Shown in pieces: positions 40,573 to 55,289 of a DNA stretch of 64,000 nucleotides. Source of the stretch: Eledone cirrhosa (Eukaryota); the NCBI GenBank assembly GCA_964016885.1, contig OZ024743.1, positions 364,064,001 through 364,128,000 of the forward strand, written 5' to 3'. The position numbers were made by a program, and so were the translations under genes. A model generated the notes under the pieces. It was not told where the DNA came from, searched no databases, and saw only the letters and a program-made list of their open reading frames with translations. The first letter of the stretch is position 1; the number at the start of each line of letters is the position of its first letter.

Positions 40573-40623
40573 AGTTTCAGAAGATCCCGTTAAGGGTGAA
40601 AGCAGCGATTCTTTGCTTAAACT
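40573..40623 (+). ncRNA. Hammerhead-like motif with CAGAAGA core (U4A)
   Basis: agttt-CAGAAGA-t-ccc/ggg-t-GAAA-gca...tgc-TT-aaact; same core at ~47204 (+) and 54410-54460 (-). Confidence 0.7.
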
Positions 40624-40741
40624 TTAATCTGTTATTTTAATAAATATTTGCTCTACGGTTCTTATATATTTGATATATATTTATCCTTATCGAGCCCTCT
40701 CTGGATTTTAGTCTTCAAATTTATTATTATTACTACATACA

Positions 40742-40773
<32 letters not shown>

Positions 40774-40793
40774 AACATACATACGTATGTATG

Positions 40794-40837
<44 letters not shown>

Positions 40838-41252
40838 CGGACCAATCTAAAACTGCAACAAACAATCAAACATTTACAAGAGTTACCTCCCTCACACCCT
40901 ACCTAATACTTTTTCTTAAATAATTTAAATATCATCCAGCAAGAATTGCTTCCCCCTGCATATTAACTCTCTAAAAAGGGAAATTAATTCAAACCTCAGT
41001 CCACCATTTGCCTCCATCATGGAATCATGTATCAACTAAGCACTCTTGCTATATTAACACATTTTGAACTGCTTAACTTCAAGAACTATGCCTGTAAATA
41101 ACATTATTTTTTCTTCCACATTGACTTTTTATGCTCTACATTACGACCGTGTTTTTTTTTTTTTTTTTCACTTCATAAACCTTGTTTGTAAATAACATTA
41201 TTCTTTCTGAACCTTCTCTTTAACATGTGCGACACCACACTAATATATTTCA

Positions 41253-41294
41253 CTATCATTTGATAATGCATAAAAATGCTGAAACCGGTAATAG
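41253..41294 (+). ncRNA. Hammerhead-like motif with U3-A8 core
   Basis: TTGATAA-t-gcat/atgc-t-GAAA-ccgg-TA-atag. Confidence 0.6.
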
Positions 41295-41616
41295 ACAATT
41301 ATTAAATATATGAATAGATAAATAAATGCCATTGTTTAATAATAAATAAATCAACTAATACCTTAATACTTCACACAAAGTAAAACATTTCGTTTTAATC
41401 ATTTTCTAACCCAGAAAAAAGAGAGAGAGAAACAAAAAGGGAAAAAAATATATTTTTCTTCCTAATAATCGTCTCTTTCTCCCTGTTTTCATATATATAT
41501 ATATTTTTTTTTCTTCAGTCGATCGACTTTCGTCAAATCAGACCGAGGAAACAATGTTTCCGTTGGTCTTTCCAATTGCTAGTACTCTCTATCGGTCGCA
41601 ACTCCAGGTAGAAGGA

Positions 41617-41950
<334 letters not shown>

Positions 41951-42050
41951 TATTATTACAACAATATGACCCTCCCCAAGTATAACAATATTTGTTTCGA
42001 CACACGATTTCATATCAAAAACTTGGTAAAACAAATATATATATATATAT

Positions 42051-42154
42051 ATTCATTCATCAGAACAAATTTATTATAATAAATTTGTTCTGCTGAATGA
42101 AGACAGACATAAGTGTGAAGCACGTCTGTCTTCAAGAAACCATTGGTAAATGAA
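42051..42154 (+). ncRNA. Hammerhead motif (42084-42154) preceded by a short inverted copy of its 5' half
   Basis: tttgtt-CTG(C)TGA-tgaagacagac/gtctgtcttca-GAAA-ccattgg-TA-aatgaa; the inverted arm preserves CTGATGA. Confidence 0.7.
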
Positions 42155-42398
42155 TTAATTAACTTATGTTGCTTATTACATAACTATATATATATATAGC
42201 AATTGGAAAGACCAACGGAAACATTGTTCCCTCGGTCCGATTTGACGAAAGTCGATCGTTCCTATATATATATATAAGAAAAACAGGGGTTTTTTTTAAA
42301 TGAAAAAAAACGAGATGTCCTACATGAGTGAAAGTATAAGGAAAAAAGATGAAATCGAAAATGTACCTGGAGTCTTTTTAAGAATAGTTATTTGTTTC

Positions 42399-42520
42399 CT
42401 TTACCGGTTTCACAGTTTTTATGCTTTTCAAAAGTAGAATTGAGATGGAGGGTGTGTGGTTTTTCTCGCATCTGATACATCAGATACTACTTTTGAAAAG
42501 CATAAGAATTGTGAAACCGT
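42399..42520. ncRNA. Head-to-head pair of U3-A8 hammerhead-like motifs (42399-42434 -, ~42490-42520 + truncated)
   Basis: ctt-TTGAAAA-gca...tgt-GAAA-ccgg-TA-aag. Confidence 0.6.
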
Positions 42521-42547
42521 TTTCATCTCTTTTCCTGATATATATAT

Positions 42548-43141
42548 AAGTGTAAAGATCCACTTAGGTCATGATTAATCATGGGGATTTAAACCTATAA
42601 AGTTCTCCTCCCATGCACAAACCCGGGCAAAATCAGAAGTCTCCCATGCATACCAGTCTCCCGTCTTCAAGTCACCCATGTTCTCCAAGGGAAAGACAAA
42701 GTCCAATACAGCTTAGCACCAGTGATGTCACAACTCATTTCTACAGCTGAGTGAACAGGTATAACGTGAAATAAAGTGTCTTGCTCAAGGACACAACACA
42801 CCCAGGGCCGGATTTAATGAGGGGAGATGAGAGCAATTGTCCTAGGCCCCCTGCAATGTGGGCCCACAAGCAATTTATTTGTGCCTTCAGCTGGGCTTTT
42901 TAGTTTTAGAATGGTTAAAATTTTTGAATTTAATGTATAAATTTTCAATTCAAATTACTTGTGTCAAGCTAACTTTGATATGTAACATTGAGGGATTTGT
43001 GGTGTGTTCTAATCTTTTCTGCCACATGCCCCTCGAAGTCAAAATCCAACCTTGAACAGACCACCCGGTCAAGAATCGAACTAAAAACAAAAACCCCACA
43101 ATTGTAAACCCGACACTCTTACCAAGCCATGCGCCTTCTCT

Positions 43142-43143
<2 letters not shown>
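42548..43143 (-). mobile_element. CORE-type SINE (body 42548-42800, head 43060-43143) interrupted by a DNA-transposon-like fragment (~42803-43055)
   Basis: GTGTCCTTGAGCAAGACACTT body; tRNA-like head; the insert begins CAGGGCCGGATTT (hAT-like terminus). Confidence 0.6.
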
Positions 43144-43176
<33 letters not shown>

Positions 43177-43178
<2 letters not shown>

Positions 43179-43367
43179 CGAAGGAAATGTGGTAAGGAAC
43201 CAGGTGGACCATAACGCACCAAAGTACTCAATACTTGAGGTAGTAGAGTGGGTAATAGGAACCAGTAAGACCCCGACAGCTGAGCTCAAGCCGTTTCGAC
43301 GGCTAATTCATGGAATTAGCCGTCGAAACGGCTTGAGCTCAGCTGTCGGGGTCTTACTGGTTCCTAT
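43177..43367. repeat. Fold-back pLTR-like element (55-bp arms, 3-nt spacer, one-sided tail)
   Basis: Arms 43255-43309 and 43313-43367; same family as 407-572. Confidence 0.85.
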
Positions 43368-44129
43368 ATATATATATACATTATCAAAGATATATGTGGA
43401 TATATTCATGTATATGTATGTGTCCGCATGTATCTGTGTGTTTCTCTATATATTGTATATATAAATATATATATATATATATATACATACGCACATACAT
43501 ACATACATACATACATACATACATACATACATACATACATACATACATACATACATACATACATACATACATACATACATACATACTTATATGTACATGT
43601 ATATATATGTATGTGTGTGTACGTGTGTGTGTTTGTGTACGCCAGTTATATACATGAACTTAATTACGTTAGCTATTTAAACATTATATACATTTCACTC
43701 ACACACGTACACGCACACAAGTGGAAATGCGCAGGAGTGAGTGCAATGAACATTTTGTATGCGTGTGTGCATATGTATCACTAGATATGTGGGTGTGTTC
43801 GAAAATCAGCGTATAGGTGCGTGTAAATGCAATTATAATGACTATATCTAGGGAGGTGCTGAGAAAATATTATCTTATGTGTTCCCTATACTATCATCTA
43901 ATAATTCGATTAATTACAGCTATAATGAGTTCAGGGTCATATTTGACACTAACACATCGACATCACTTATCATGTCACGATACCACTAGCATCCATCCAA
44001 CTATCTATCTATCTATCTCTACTTATATATCTCTACTTATAACTATATATATATTATATACGTTCATATATATATGAGTATTATGTATACACAGACGAAA
44101 CTATATACATGCTCTCTCTAATATATCTA

Positions 44130-44178
<49 letters not shown>

Positions 44179-44243
44179 TATATATATAAATATATATATA
44201 AATATATATATATATATAAATATATAAATATATATATAAATAT

Positions 44244-44328
<85 letters not shown>

Positions 44329-44331
44329 AAT

Positions 44332-44362
<31 letters not shown>

Positions 44363-44365
44363 AAT

Positions 44366-44414
<49 letters not shown>

Positions 44415-44449
44415 AATATATATATATATAAATATATATATATATAAAT

Positions 44450-44500
<51 letters not shown>

Positions 44501-44519
44501 AATATATATAATTATTATT

Positions 44520-44649
<130 letters not shown>

Positions 44650-44717
44650 AATATATATATATATAAATATATATATATGTATATAAATATATATATATGT
44701 ATATAAATATATATATT

Positions 44718-45385
44718 GGAAAATGTGTGTAAACCTTGGTACAGTTAGGTATATTAAGACAGGGGGGAGAAAAAATGGCTTCACTTGTGCTTTCAACAAA
44801 TTTATTTTCTTCACAAAATCCAAAAAGAATTTTTCTTAAAAAGATTATTTTATAAATTAAGTTGTTGGTTGTTGGTTAGGTCTTAGGAGTTCTTGGTTAA
44901 CGTAGGAGGTATTGTTTCGTTTTTAGAAAGACCTTTCACGCTGAGGTGCGCTTGTCAAACTGATGTGTATGTGGTGTGTTGTTCTATATATAGGGATTTA
45001 ACATGTCTGTGGTGTGGTGGGGGTTTCTTTTCTCCCCCTTTAATAAGTGCATGGGTGTAGGTGTGTTGAAAAAGTGTTCATAGCAGTAATGAGTTGAGAC
45101 GGCGAGTAGGGTTGGGTGGGGAGAAATGTAGCAAGTGCGGCCTGCCCCGGTCATTCTCGAAGAATTCCTTTATTCAGAGGAAAAAGCTTTTAGCATTGCT
45201 TTTGTGTTGAGAATGGTCACAGGCAAATCGCACCTGTCAAGTTTGTGAATAATTATTTTTTTCTTTTTTTCCTGAAGAATTTTTCTACGTCCAGTAATTT
45301 TAAGGTTGGGTGCTTGGCGTCTGTATGTATATGTATATATATATATGTATATGTATGTATGTATGTATGTGTGTATATGTATATG

Positions 45386-45439
<54 letters not shown>

Positions 45440-46121
45440 AATGTGGAGGTATGAGTACATATTCGTGTGTGTACGTATGTGTATGTGTGTTTTTATATGT
45501 GTCTCTATATGTTTTTGTGTATGTATGTGGATGTATTTGTACATGGGTGTGTGATTGATGGTGTGTGCCTATATATTCCTACATATGCCTGTGTGTGTAT
45601 GTACGTATATGCGCACATATGTGTGTGTTGAACAAAGGACTAACTTTGGGATGGACGTAGAAAAATTCTTCAGGAAAAAAAGAAAAAAATAATTATTCAC
45701 AAACTTGACAGGTGCGATTGAGAATGACCGGGGCAGGCCGCACTTGCTACATTTCTCCCCACCCAACCCTACTCACCGTCTCAACTCATTACTGCTATGA
45801 ACACTTTTTCAACACACCTACACCCATGCACTTATTAAAGGGGGAGAAAAGAAACCCCCACCACACCACAGACATGTTAAATCCCTATATATAGAACAAC
45901 ACACCACATACACATCAGTTTGACAAGCGCACCTCAGCGTGAAAGGTCTTTCTAAAAACGAAACAATACCTCCTACGTTAACCAAGAACTCCTAAGACCT
46001 AACCAACAACCAACAACTTAATTTATAAAATAATCTTTTTAAGAAAAATTCTTTTTGGATTTTGTGAAGAAAATAAATTTGTTGAAAGCACAAGTGAAGC
46101 CATTTTTTCTTCCCCCCTGTC
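44718..46121. mobile_element. Large head-to-head inverted repeat (~480-550-bp arms) around a microsatellite-rich core; one-sided 40-bp tail; weak U3-A8 HHR-like motif (44925-44961 -, 45917-45953 +)
   Basis: 44757-45310 versus 45645-46121 are reverse complements except for an ~70-bp deletion in the right arm; TTGACAA-gcgc/gcgt-GAAA. Confidence 0.8.
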
Positions 46122-46158
46122 TAAATATATATATATAAATAAATATATATAAATATAT

Positions 46159-46351
<193 letters not shown>

Positions 46352-46364
46352 AATATATATGTAG

Positions 46365-46926
46365 ATAAATCTACCAAGAGTTTACGGTAGTGTCCAATCC
46401 GTATTAAGAACTCAATGTAATCCGGATATCATGGAAAGAAGAGATGCAATGAAAAATCACTTTCGGTGAAAGATAAACGGAATACAGAGTCAAGATAAAA
46501 TATTAAAAAAATAATGAATAAAACAATGAAACAGTTCCTTATATTAAACAAAAAAAGTTCATTATTTAACGATCGTTTCTAGGATATATATGTGTTAGAA
46601 TTGGCATGCATATTCAACAGATCTATGTACAAAATTATACAAAATTATACAAACTATCAAAATTAAATATACATACCCAACACATATATATGCCGTCTTC
46701 AGAAATAATGAATTATTTCTGAAGACGGCATATATATGTGTTGGGTATGTATATTTAATTTTGATAGTTTGTATAATTTTGTATAATTTTGTACATAGAT
46801 CTGTTGAATATGCATGCCAATTCTAACACATATATATCCTAGAAACGATCGTTAAATAATGAACTTTTATTGTTTAATATAAGGAACTGTTTCATTGTTT
46901 TATTCATTATTTTTTTAATATTTTAT
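46365..46926. mobile_element. Near-perfect ~430-bp palindrome of two head-to-head HHRs (46561-46709 -, 46712-46860 +) plus ~130-bp one-sided tail
   Basis: attattt-CTGAAGA-long stem II (atatatatgtgtt/aacacatatatat)-GAAA-cgatcg-TT-aaataat; 2-nt spacer between arms. Confidence 0.9.
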
Positions 46927-46938
46927 ATAAATATATAT

Positions 46939-46971
<33 letters not shown>

Positions 46972-46974
46972 AAT

Positions 46975-47009
<35 letters not shown>

Positions 47010-47012
47010 AAT

Positions 47013-47077
<65 letters not shown>

Positions 47078-47147
47078 AATATATATATCTATATATAAAT
47101 ATATATATATATATATATAATAACAAGTAAGACCCCGATATATATAT

Positions 47148-47355
47148 ATTTATTAAAATAACACATTAAAATTTAAGCAAAGAATCGCTGCATTCACACT
47201 TAACAGAAGATCCCGTTAAGCGTGAAAGGAGCAATTATTTACTTAAACTTTAATCTGTTATTTTAATAAATATTTGCTCTACGGTTCTTATATATTTGAT
47301 ATATATTTATCCTTATCGAGTTCGCTTTGTCTTTTAGTCTTCAAATTTTTTATTA

Positions 47356-47361
<6 letters not shown>
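47148..47361. mobile_element. Fold-back pLTR of the 37435-40735 PLE family
   Basis: Short minus arm 47148-47203; long plus arm with CAGAAGA...GAAA and tail matching 40578-40735. Confidence 0.8.
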
Positions 47362-47396
<35 letters not shown>

Positions 47397-47888
47397 TATA
47401 TATATATTTTATATATATATGTATATATGTAAAATATATATATATATATATAAAATATATATATATATATATAAAATATATATATATATATATATAAAAT
47501 ATATATATATATATATATAAAATATATATATATATATATAAAATATATATATATATATAAAATATATATATATATATATATAAAATATATATATATATAT
47601 ATAAAATATATATATATATATAAAATATATATATATATATATATAAAATATATATATATATATATAAAATATATATATATATATAAAATATATATATATA
47701 TATATATAAAATATATATATATATATATAAAATATATATATATATATAAAATATATATATATAAAATATATATATATAAAATATATATATATAAAATATA
47801 TATATATAAAATATATATATATATAAAATATACATATATATATATATAAAATATATATATATATATATATAAAATATATATATATAAA

Positions 47889-47920
<32 letters not shown>

Positions 47921-48290
47921 TATATATATATATAAAATATATATATATAAAATATATATATATATATAAATTATATATATATAAAATATATATATATATA
48001 TAAAATATATATATATATATAAAATATATATATATATATATAAAATATATATATATATATAAAATATATATATATATATATATAAAATATTTATATAATA
48101 TATATATATTAAATATATATATAATATATATATATATATAAAATATATATATAATATATATATATATATAAAATATATATATAATATATATATATATATA
48201 AAATATATATATAATATATATATATATATAAAATATATATATAATATATATATATATATAAAATATATATATAATATATATATATATATA

Positions 48291-48354
<64 letters not shown>

Positions 48355-48553
48355 AAATATATATATAATATATATATATATATAAAATATATATATATAT
48401 AAAATATATATATATATAAAATATATATATATAAAATATATATATATAAAATATATATATATATATGAAATATATATAATATATATATATATATAAAATA
48501 CATATATAATATATATATATATATGAAATATATATAATATATATATATATATA

Positions 48554-48584
<31 letters not shown>

Positions 48585-48643
48585 GAAATATATATAATAT
48601 ATATATATATATATGAAATATATATAATATATATATATATATA

Positions 48644-48676
<33 letters not shown>

Positions 48677-48790
48677 GAAATATATATAATATATATATAT
48701 ATATATATGAAATATATATAATATATATATATATATATAAAATATATATAATATATATATATATAAAATATATATACATATATATATGAA

Positions 48791-48831
<41 letters not shown>

Positions 48832-48887
48832 TATATATGTATATAAAATATATATACATATATATATGAAATATATATAATATATAT

Positions 48888-48919
<32 letters not shown>

Positions 48920-48941
48920 AAATATAATATATATATATAAA

Positions 48942-48982
<41 letters not shown>

Positions 48983-49066
48983 TATATATATATAATATAT
49001 ATATATAAAATATATATATATATATATATAATATATATATATAAAATATATATATATATATATAAA

Positions 49067-49126
<60 letters not shown>

Positions 49127-49341
49127 ATATATATAAAATATATATATATATAAAATATATATATATATATAAAATATATATATATAAAGTATATATATAT
49201 AAAGTATATATATATATATAAAATATATATATATATAAAATATATATATATAAAATATATATATAAAATATATATATAAAATATATATATATATATATAT
49301 ATAAAATATATATATATATATATAAAATATATATATATAAA

Positions 49342-49375
<34 letters not shown>

Positions 49376-49444
49376 TATATATATATATAAAATATATATA
49401 ATATATATATATAAAATATATATAATATATATATATAAATATAT

Positions 49445-49760
49445 TTTGAGTATATGCTGGTTGTATACCAACACCTCAGTATGCAGCCTGGAGCACTCGA
49501 CGAAGTGCGCAGGTTGGTTTGGTTACTCCGGAGTAATATAAAATAAAGTTAAATAAAAAGTCAAATGTTTAAAATTTAGCTTCGTTTATTACTGCTATAT
49601 ATATTTCAGTGACAGCCATCTTTGGCTGTGACCTCTTCAGGCAGTTTGAATTAGTATGGTATAGACAAGTACAATTGAGGTGTATAATATTGTCAATACT
49701 CTGATATGCCCAGTTCCTGGTTGGGTTGTTATTTCACTGATGAACTGGAGTCATATGAAT
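49445..49760 (-). mobile_element. pLTR element with HHR at 49591-49645 (collinear version of 13270-13595)
   Basis: actgc-CTGAAGA...GAAA-tatata-TA-gcagt on minus. Confidence 0.85.
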
Positions 49761-49774
49761 TTATTTTATTTTAT

Positions 49775-49823
<49 letters not shown>

Positions 49824-50365
49824 TATATATATATAAAATATATATATATATATAAAATATTTTATATATATATATATAAAATATATATATATATATAAAA
49901 TTTATATATATATATAAAATATATATATATATTTAAAATATATATATATATGAAAAGTTATATTTAAAATGAAATAAATATGGTTTTATAAATATAATTT
50001 CCATTTATTTAATATCGTATATATATATATATAAAATATATATATATATATATAAAATATATATCTATATATATAAAATATATATCTAAATATATATATA
50101 TATATAAAATATATATATATATAATATATATCTAAATATATATATATATATAAAATATATATATATATATATAAAATATATATATATATATATAAAATAT
50201 ATATATATATATAAAATATATATATATATATAAAATATATATATATATATAAAATATATATATATATATAAAATATATATATATATATAAAATATATATA
50301 TATATATAATATATATATATAAAATATATATATATATATAATATATATATATATATATAAAATAT

Positions 50366-50422
<57 letters not shown>

Positions 50423-50650
50423 TATATATATAAAATATATATATAAAATATATATATATATAAAATATATATATAAAATATATATATATATATAAAATAT
50501 ATATATAAAATATATATATAAAATATATATATATATATAAAATATATATATATATATAAAATATATATATATATATATATAAAATATATATATATATATA
50601 AAATATATATATATATATTTATATATATATTTATATATATATATATATAT

Positions 50651-50716
<66 letters not shown>

Positions 50717-50789
50717 TTATATATATATATATATAAAATATATATATATATATAAAATATATATATATATATAATATATATATATATAT

Positions 50790-51420
50790 ATTGTTATACT
50801 TTGAGAGGGTCATGTGGCCAATAAGAAACACACGCACCAGTTGCTTTCACTTCAATTTATTATAATAAACTTATAAATTGAGGAATTTATAAATTTCCGG
50901 TTGGTTGGTTCCACAACCGTATGGTTGTTTATATATTGTCAAAGTTCTTTCGTCACACATTATGTAACCTCTTCAGTGACTGGGGATTCTTTTCTTTGTT
51001 TTTGTGCCTCTCCTTTGTTCTGTCCTACGCCATTTTGTTTCTGTGTGTGTGTTGTGTGCTCAGTCTGCGCATGCGCCACATCCGTGTGTCTGTGTGTGTT
51101 TATATTCGTTTATTTATTTGTTTATTTACATGTTACAGGTTGGTCGTTTGTTCTATGTGCGTGTGTGTTTTCATTTTGTCCTTAATTGTAAGTTGTGATG
51201 TTGCTGTTCCACTCATATTTTCTATTTAATTTTGGTTGTAATTCTTTTATGTTTATTGCCTCTGTGATTTGTCTAAACATTGCGTCTTTGCTGTGTGTAG
51301 ATTCTATTTTTATTTCTATGTTCTCTAATTTACCCTTATGTTCTATTTTAGCATGTTGGTAGAGTACAGATGATTCTTTACTATCTTGAAGGTCTCGCCA
51401 GTATTCATTTATCAGTGTTC
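50790..51420 (-). mobile_element. PLE 3' end: GIY-YIG C-terminus (different type from 37506) plus HHR at 50938-50980
   Basis: ESSVLYQHAKIEH...MFRQITEAINI...KLNRKYEW; gtca-CTGAAGA-g-gttac/gtgac-GAAA-gaac-TT-tgac. Confidence 0.8.
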
Positions 51421-52069
51421 ATATATATATATATATATATATAAAATATATATATAAATAAAATATATATATATAAAATATATATATATAAATATATATA
51501 TATAAATAAAATATATATATATAAATAAAATATATATATATAAAATATATATATATATAAATAAAATATATATATATATAAATAAAATATATATATATAA
51601 ATAAAATATATATATATAAAATATATATATATATAAAAAATATATATATATATAAAAAATATATATATATATAAAAAATATATATATATATATAAAATAT
51701 ATATATATATATAAAATATATATATATATATAAAATATATATATATAAAATATATATATATAAAATATATATATATATAAAATATATATATATATAAAAT
51801 ATATATATATATAAAATATATATATATATATAAAATATATATATATATATAAAATATATATATATATATAAAATATATATATATATAAAATATATATATA
51901 TATATAAAATATATATATATAAAATATATATATATATATAAAATATATATATATATATAAAATATATATATATATATAAAATATATATATATATAAAATA
52001 TATATATATATATAAAATATATATATATATAAAATATATATATATATATATACATATATATATAAAATA

Positions 52070-52143
<74 letters not shown>

Positions 52144-52237
52144 ATACATATATATATAAAATTTATATATATATAAAATATATATATATATATATGAAAT
52201 ATATATATATATATGAAATATATATATATATAAAATA

Positions 52238-52680
52238 TATACACAGTTCAAGAGTAACCAATCTTAAAGAGAGAGATGGAGATAGTAGAGGAGATATGAG
52301 AGGAGAGATTGGTGAGTTAGTTCGAAGCCAAAGCGTAAAGGCATGTGCTCAATGTGCAATATTCAGTAGAAAGCAGCTAGGTGGCTGGGTTCATGCAGAA
52401 GTTAGGTGCGCAGAGCTGGAAATATTCCTTAGTTAAGCAAAACAAGGCCACAAACTTCACAAGGAAGACATTATGTCTTTCTGTCCGGGATAGGTATGGA
52501 CTTAAGTGAGATTCTGAGTTCCTGGCTTCTAACTAACTCACCAATCTCTCCTCTCATATCTCCTCTACTATCTCCATCTCTCTCTTTAAGATTGGTTACT
52601 CTTGAACTGTGTATACTTGAGCTCCCGTAGTTGAGCTATTTACTGTTAGAAGTCACCATGTTATTTATAGAGATTATCCC
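52238..52680. mobile_element. Inverted arrangement of tail pieces of the 24723-25722 family
   Basis: 52238-52473 is the reverse complement of ~25485-25722; 52524-52616 repeats the tail forward and extends beyond it. Confidence 0.8.
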
Positions 52681-53570
52681 AAGATTCGTGACAAATAAAC
52701 ATATAATAACAGTCATAACTACATAACACGTTAATCTTATAAAACTTATATAAAATTTTGTATAAGAACATAAAGTGAGTATAACAAAAAAAATTTCCTT
52801 TAATATCTTAACAATTGTAACATCTATATAACTAAGTAAAGTAATTTTCCTTCACGCTGCTTTGATATTACATTGAAAAGACTTTCTCTGATTTTATAAG
52901 TTTTCCTATATCTTAAATTTAAAAATCCTTTATATTTTGTATGTATATATTATATACGTAGTTAGATATATATATATTTTTTTATACGTGTGTATATATA
53001 TTTATATTTTTGCGTATGTATATGTTATATTCTTCTTATAATATATAGTCTTAATAATAATATATAGATTTCTTAATATATAGATCTCAATTTTTAAAGT
53101 ATTGATCTCAATATTATAACTGATTAACTAAACATTTAATAATATTTAAACAATGGTTAAATTTCTCATATTATATATGTATATTCCATTCATGATTAAT
53201 TAACATTTCTAATTTTTATTTATTCATTTCATCTCAAATATTAAGATAAATCAACAAGATATGACTTGGAGTTTTCACTCTCTCTCTCCTTTCCCTTTCT
53301 CCTCTCTCTCTTTTTCTTTTTTCTATTTCTATTTCTTTTCTCTCTCTGTTGGTATGCTCTCTCTCTCTCTCTCTCTCTTGTTTCTCTTTCTTATTCTGCT
53401 CTCTCTCTTTCTCTTTCTCCGTAACCCTACGGATTATTTACAAATATCCAATACTAACTTACCTAATACTATAAGTATAAATACAACTCCACTATCCGGG
53501 AGCTTACAACAGTAATGGTTGCATTCTTTAAGGGTATGTCAATATTTATTTATAAAACTGCTTTATATTA

Positions 53571-53635
53571 TATTTTATCTGATGAAAGCACACCATATTT
53601 TAACTTGCTGTCCTTGAAATATGTATAATGAAATA
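53571..53635 (+). ncRNA. Type I hammerhead (family A), stem II degenerate
   Basis: tattttat-CTGATGA...cctt-GAAA-tatgta-TA-atgaaata. Confidence 0.7.
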
Positions 53636-53759
53636 AATATGGTTTTATAAATATAGTTTCCATTTGTCAATATCGTATTTTTACTCCAATTATTTGTTGA
53701 GTGCTTTATAACAGTTATAAAAATATTTGCTTGTTATATCCCAACAATTTAAATAGAAC

Positions 53760-53789
53760 TTTTGCATATATATCTTTCTATACATATAT

Positions 53790-53825
<36 letters not shown>

Positions 53826-54460
53826 TCTATGCATATATAAAATATATATATATATATATAAAATATATATATATATATAAATAAAATATATATATATATG
53901 TTTCTATACATATATAAAATATATATATATATATATAAAATATATATATATATATATATGTTTCTATACATATAGAAAATATATATATATATATATATAA
54001 AATATATAAATATATATATATGTTTCTATACATATATAAAATATATATATATATATAAAACATATATATATATGTTTCTATACATATATAAAATATATAT
54101 ATATATATAAAACATATATATATATATATATATATATATGTTTCTATACATATATAAAATATATATATATATATATAAAATATATAAATATATATATATG
54201 TTTCTATACATATATAAAATATATATATATATATAAAATATATATATATATGTATATATGTTTCTATACATATATAAAATATATATATATATATATGTTT
54301 CTATACATATATAATATATATATATATATATATAAAATATAAATATATATATATATGTTTCTATACATATATAAAATATATATATATATTTATTAAAATA
54401 ACAGATTAAAGTTTAAGCAAAGAATCGGTGCTTTCACACTTAACGGGATCTTCTGAAACT

Positions 54461-54499
<39 letters not shown>

Positions 54500-54561
54500 T
54501 ATAATATATATATGTAATATATATATATATACAATATATATATATATTTCTATACATATAT

Positions 54562-54610
<49 letters not shown>

Positions 54611-54775
54611 CTATACACATATAATATATATATATATAGTTCTATACATATAATATATATATATAGTTCTATACATATAATATATATATATAGTTCTATA
54701 CATATATAATATATATATATATATATAGTTCTATACATATATAATATATATATAATATATATATATATATAGTTC
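53760..54775. repeat. Minisatellite of (g)tttctatacatatataaaa(ta)n / agttctatacata units, with a pLTR piece at 54388-54465
   Basis: Recurrent TTCTATACAT spacer between TA runs. Confidence 0.9.
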
Positions 54776-54844
54776 TTATATATTTGATATATATTTATCC
54801 TTATCGAGCCCTCTTTGGATTTTAGTCTTCAAATTTATTATTAT

Positions 54845-54914
<70 letters not shown>

Positions 54915-54946
54915 TATATATATATATTTATATATATAATATATAT

Positions 54947-55015
<69 letters not shown>

Positions 55016-55021
55016 ATATAT

Positions 55022-55065
<44 letters not shown>

Positions 55066-55071
55066 ATATAT

Positions 55072-55102
<31 letters not shown>

Positions 55103-55146
55103 TTAAATATATATATATATAATATATATATATATATTTAATATAT

Positions 55147-55188
<42 letters not shown>

Positions 55189-55221
55189 AATATATATATA
55201 TATAATATATATATATATATT

Positions 55222-55278
<57 letters not shown>

Positions 55279-55289
55279 TTATATATATA

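Larger units (their letters stand above)
37435..40735 (+). mobile_element. Near full-length Penelope-like retroelement (C-terminal GIY-YIG; WxNPP/CxC linker, possibly Hydra clade) with 29-bp terminal direct repeat
   Basis: tttagtcttcaaatttattattattacta at 37435-37463 and 40707-40735; single long reading frame; 140-bp tandem in 3' UTR (40224/40364); HHR-like motif at 40573. Confidence 0.9.
47362..52240. repeat. Compound (TA)n arrays with AAAA/AA interruptions, containing pLTR islands
   Basis: TATATATAAAA-type units. Confidence 0.95.

Noticed and set aside
53760-54775. CRISPR-like repeat-spacer array
   Set aside because: Spacers are just variable TA runs; eukaryotic context with no cas genes
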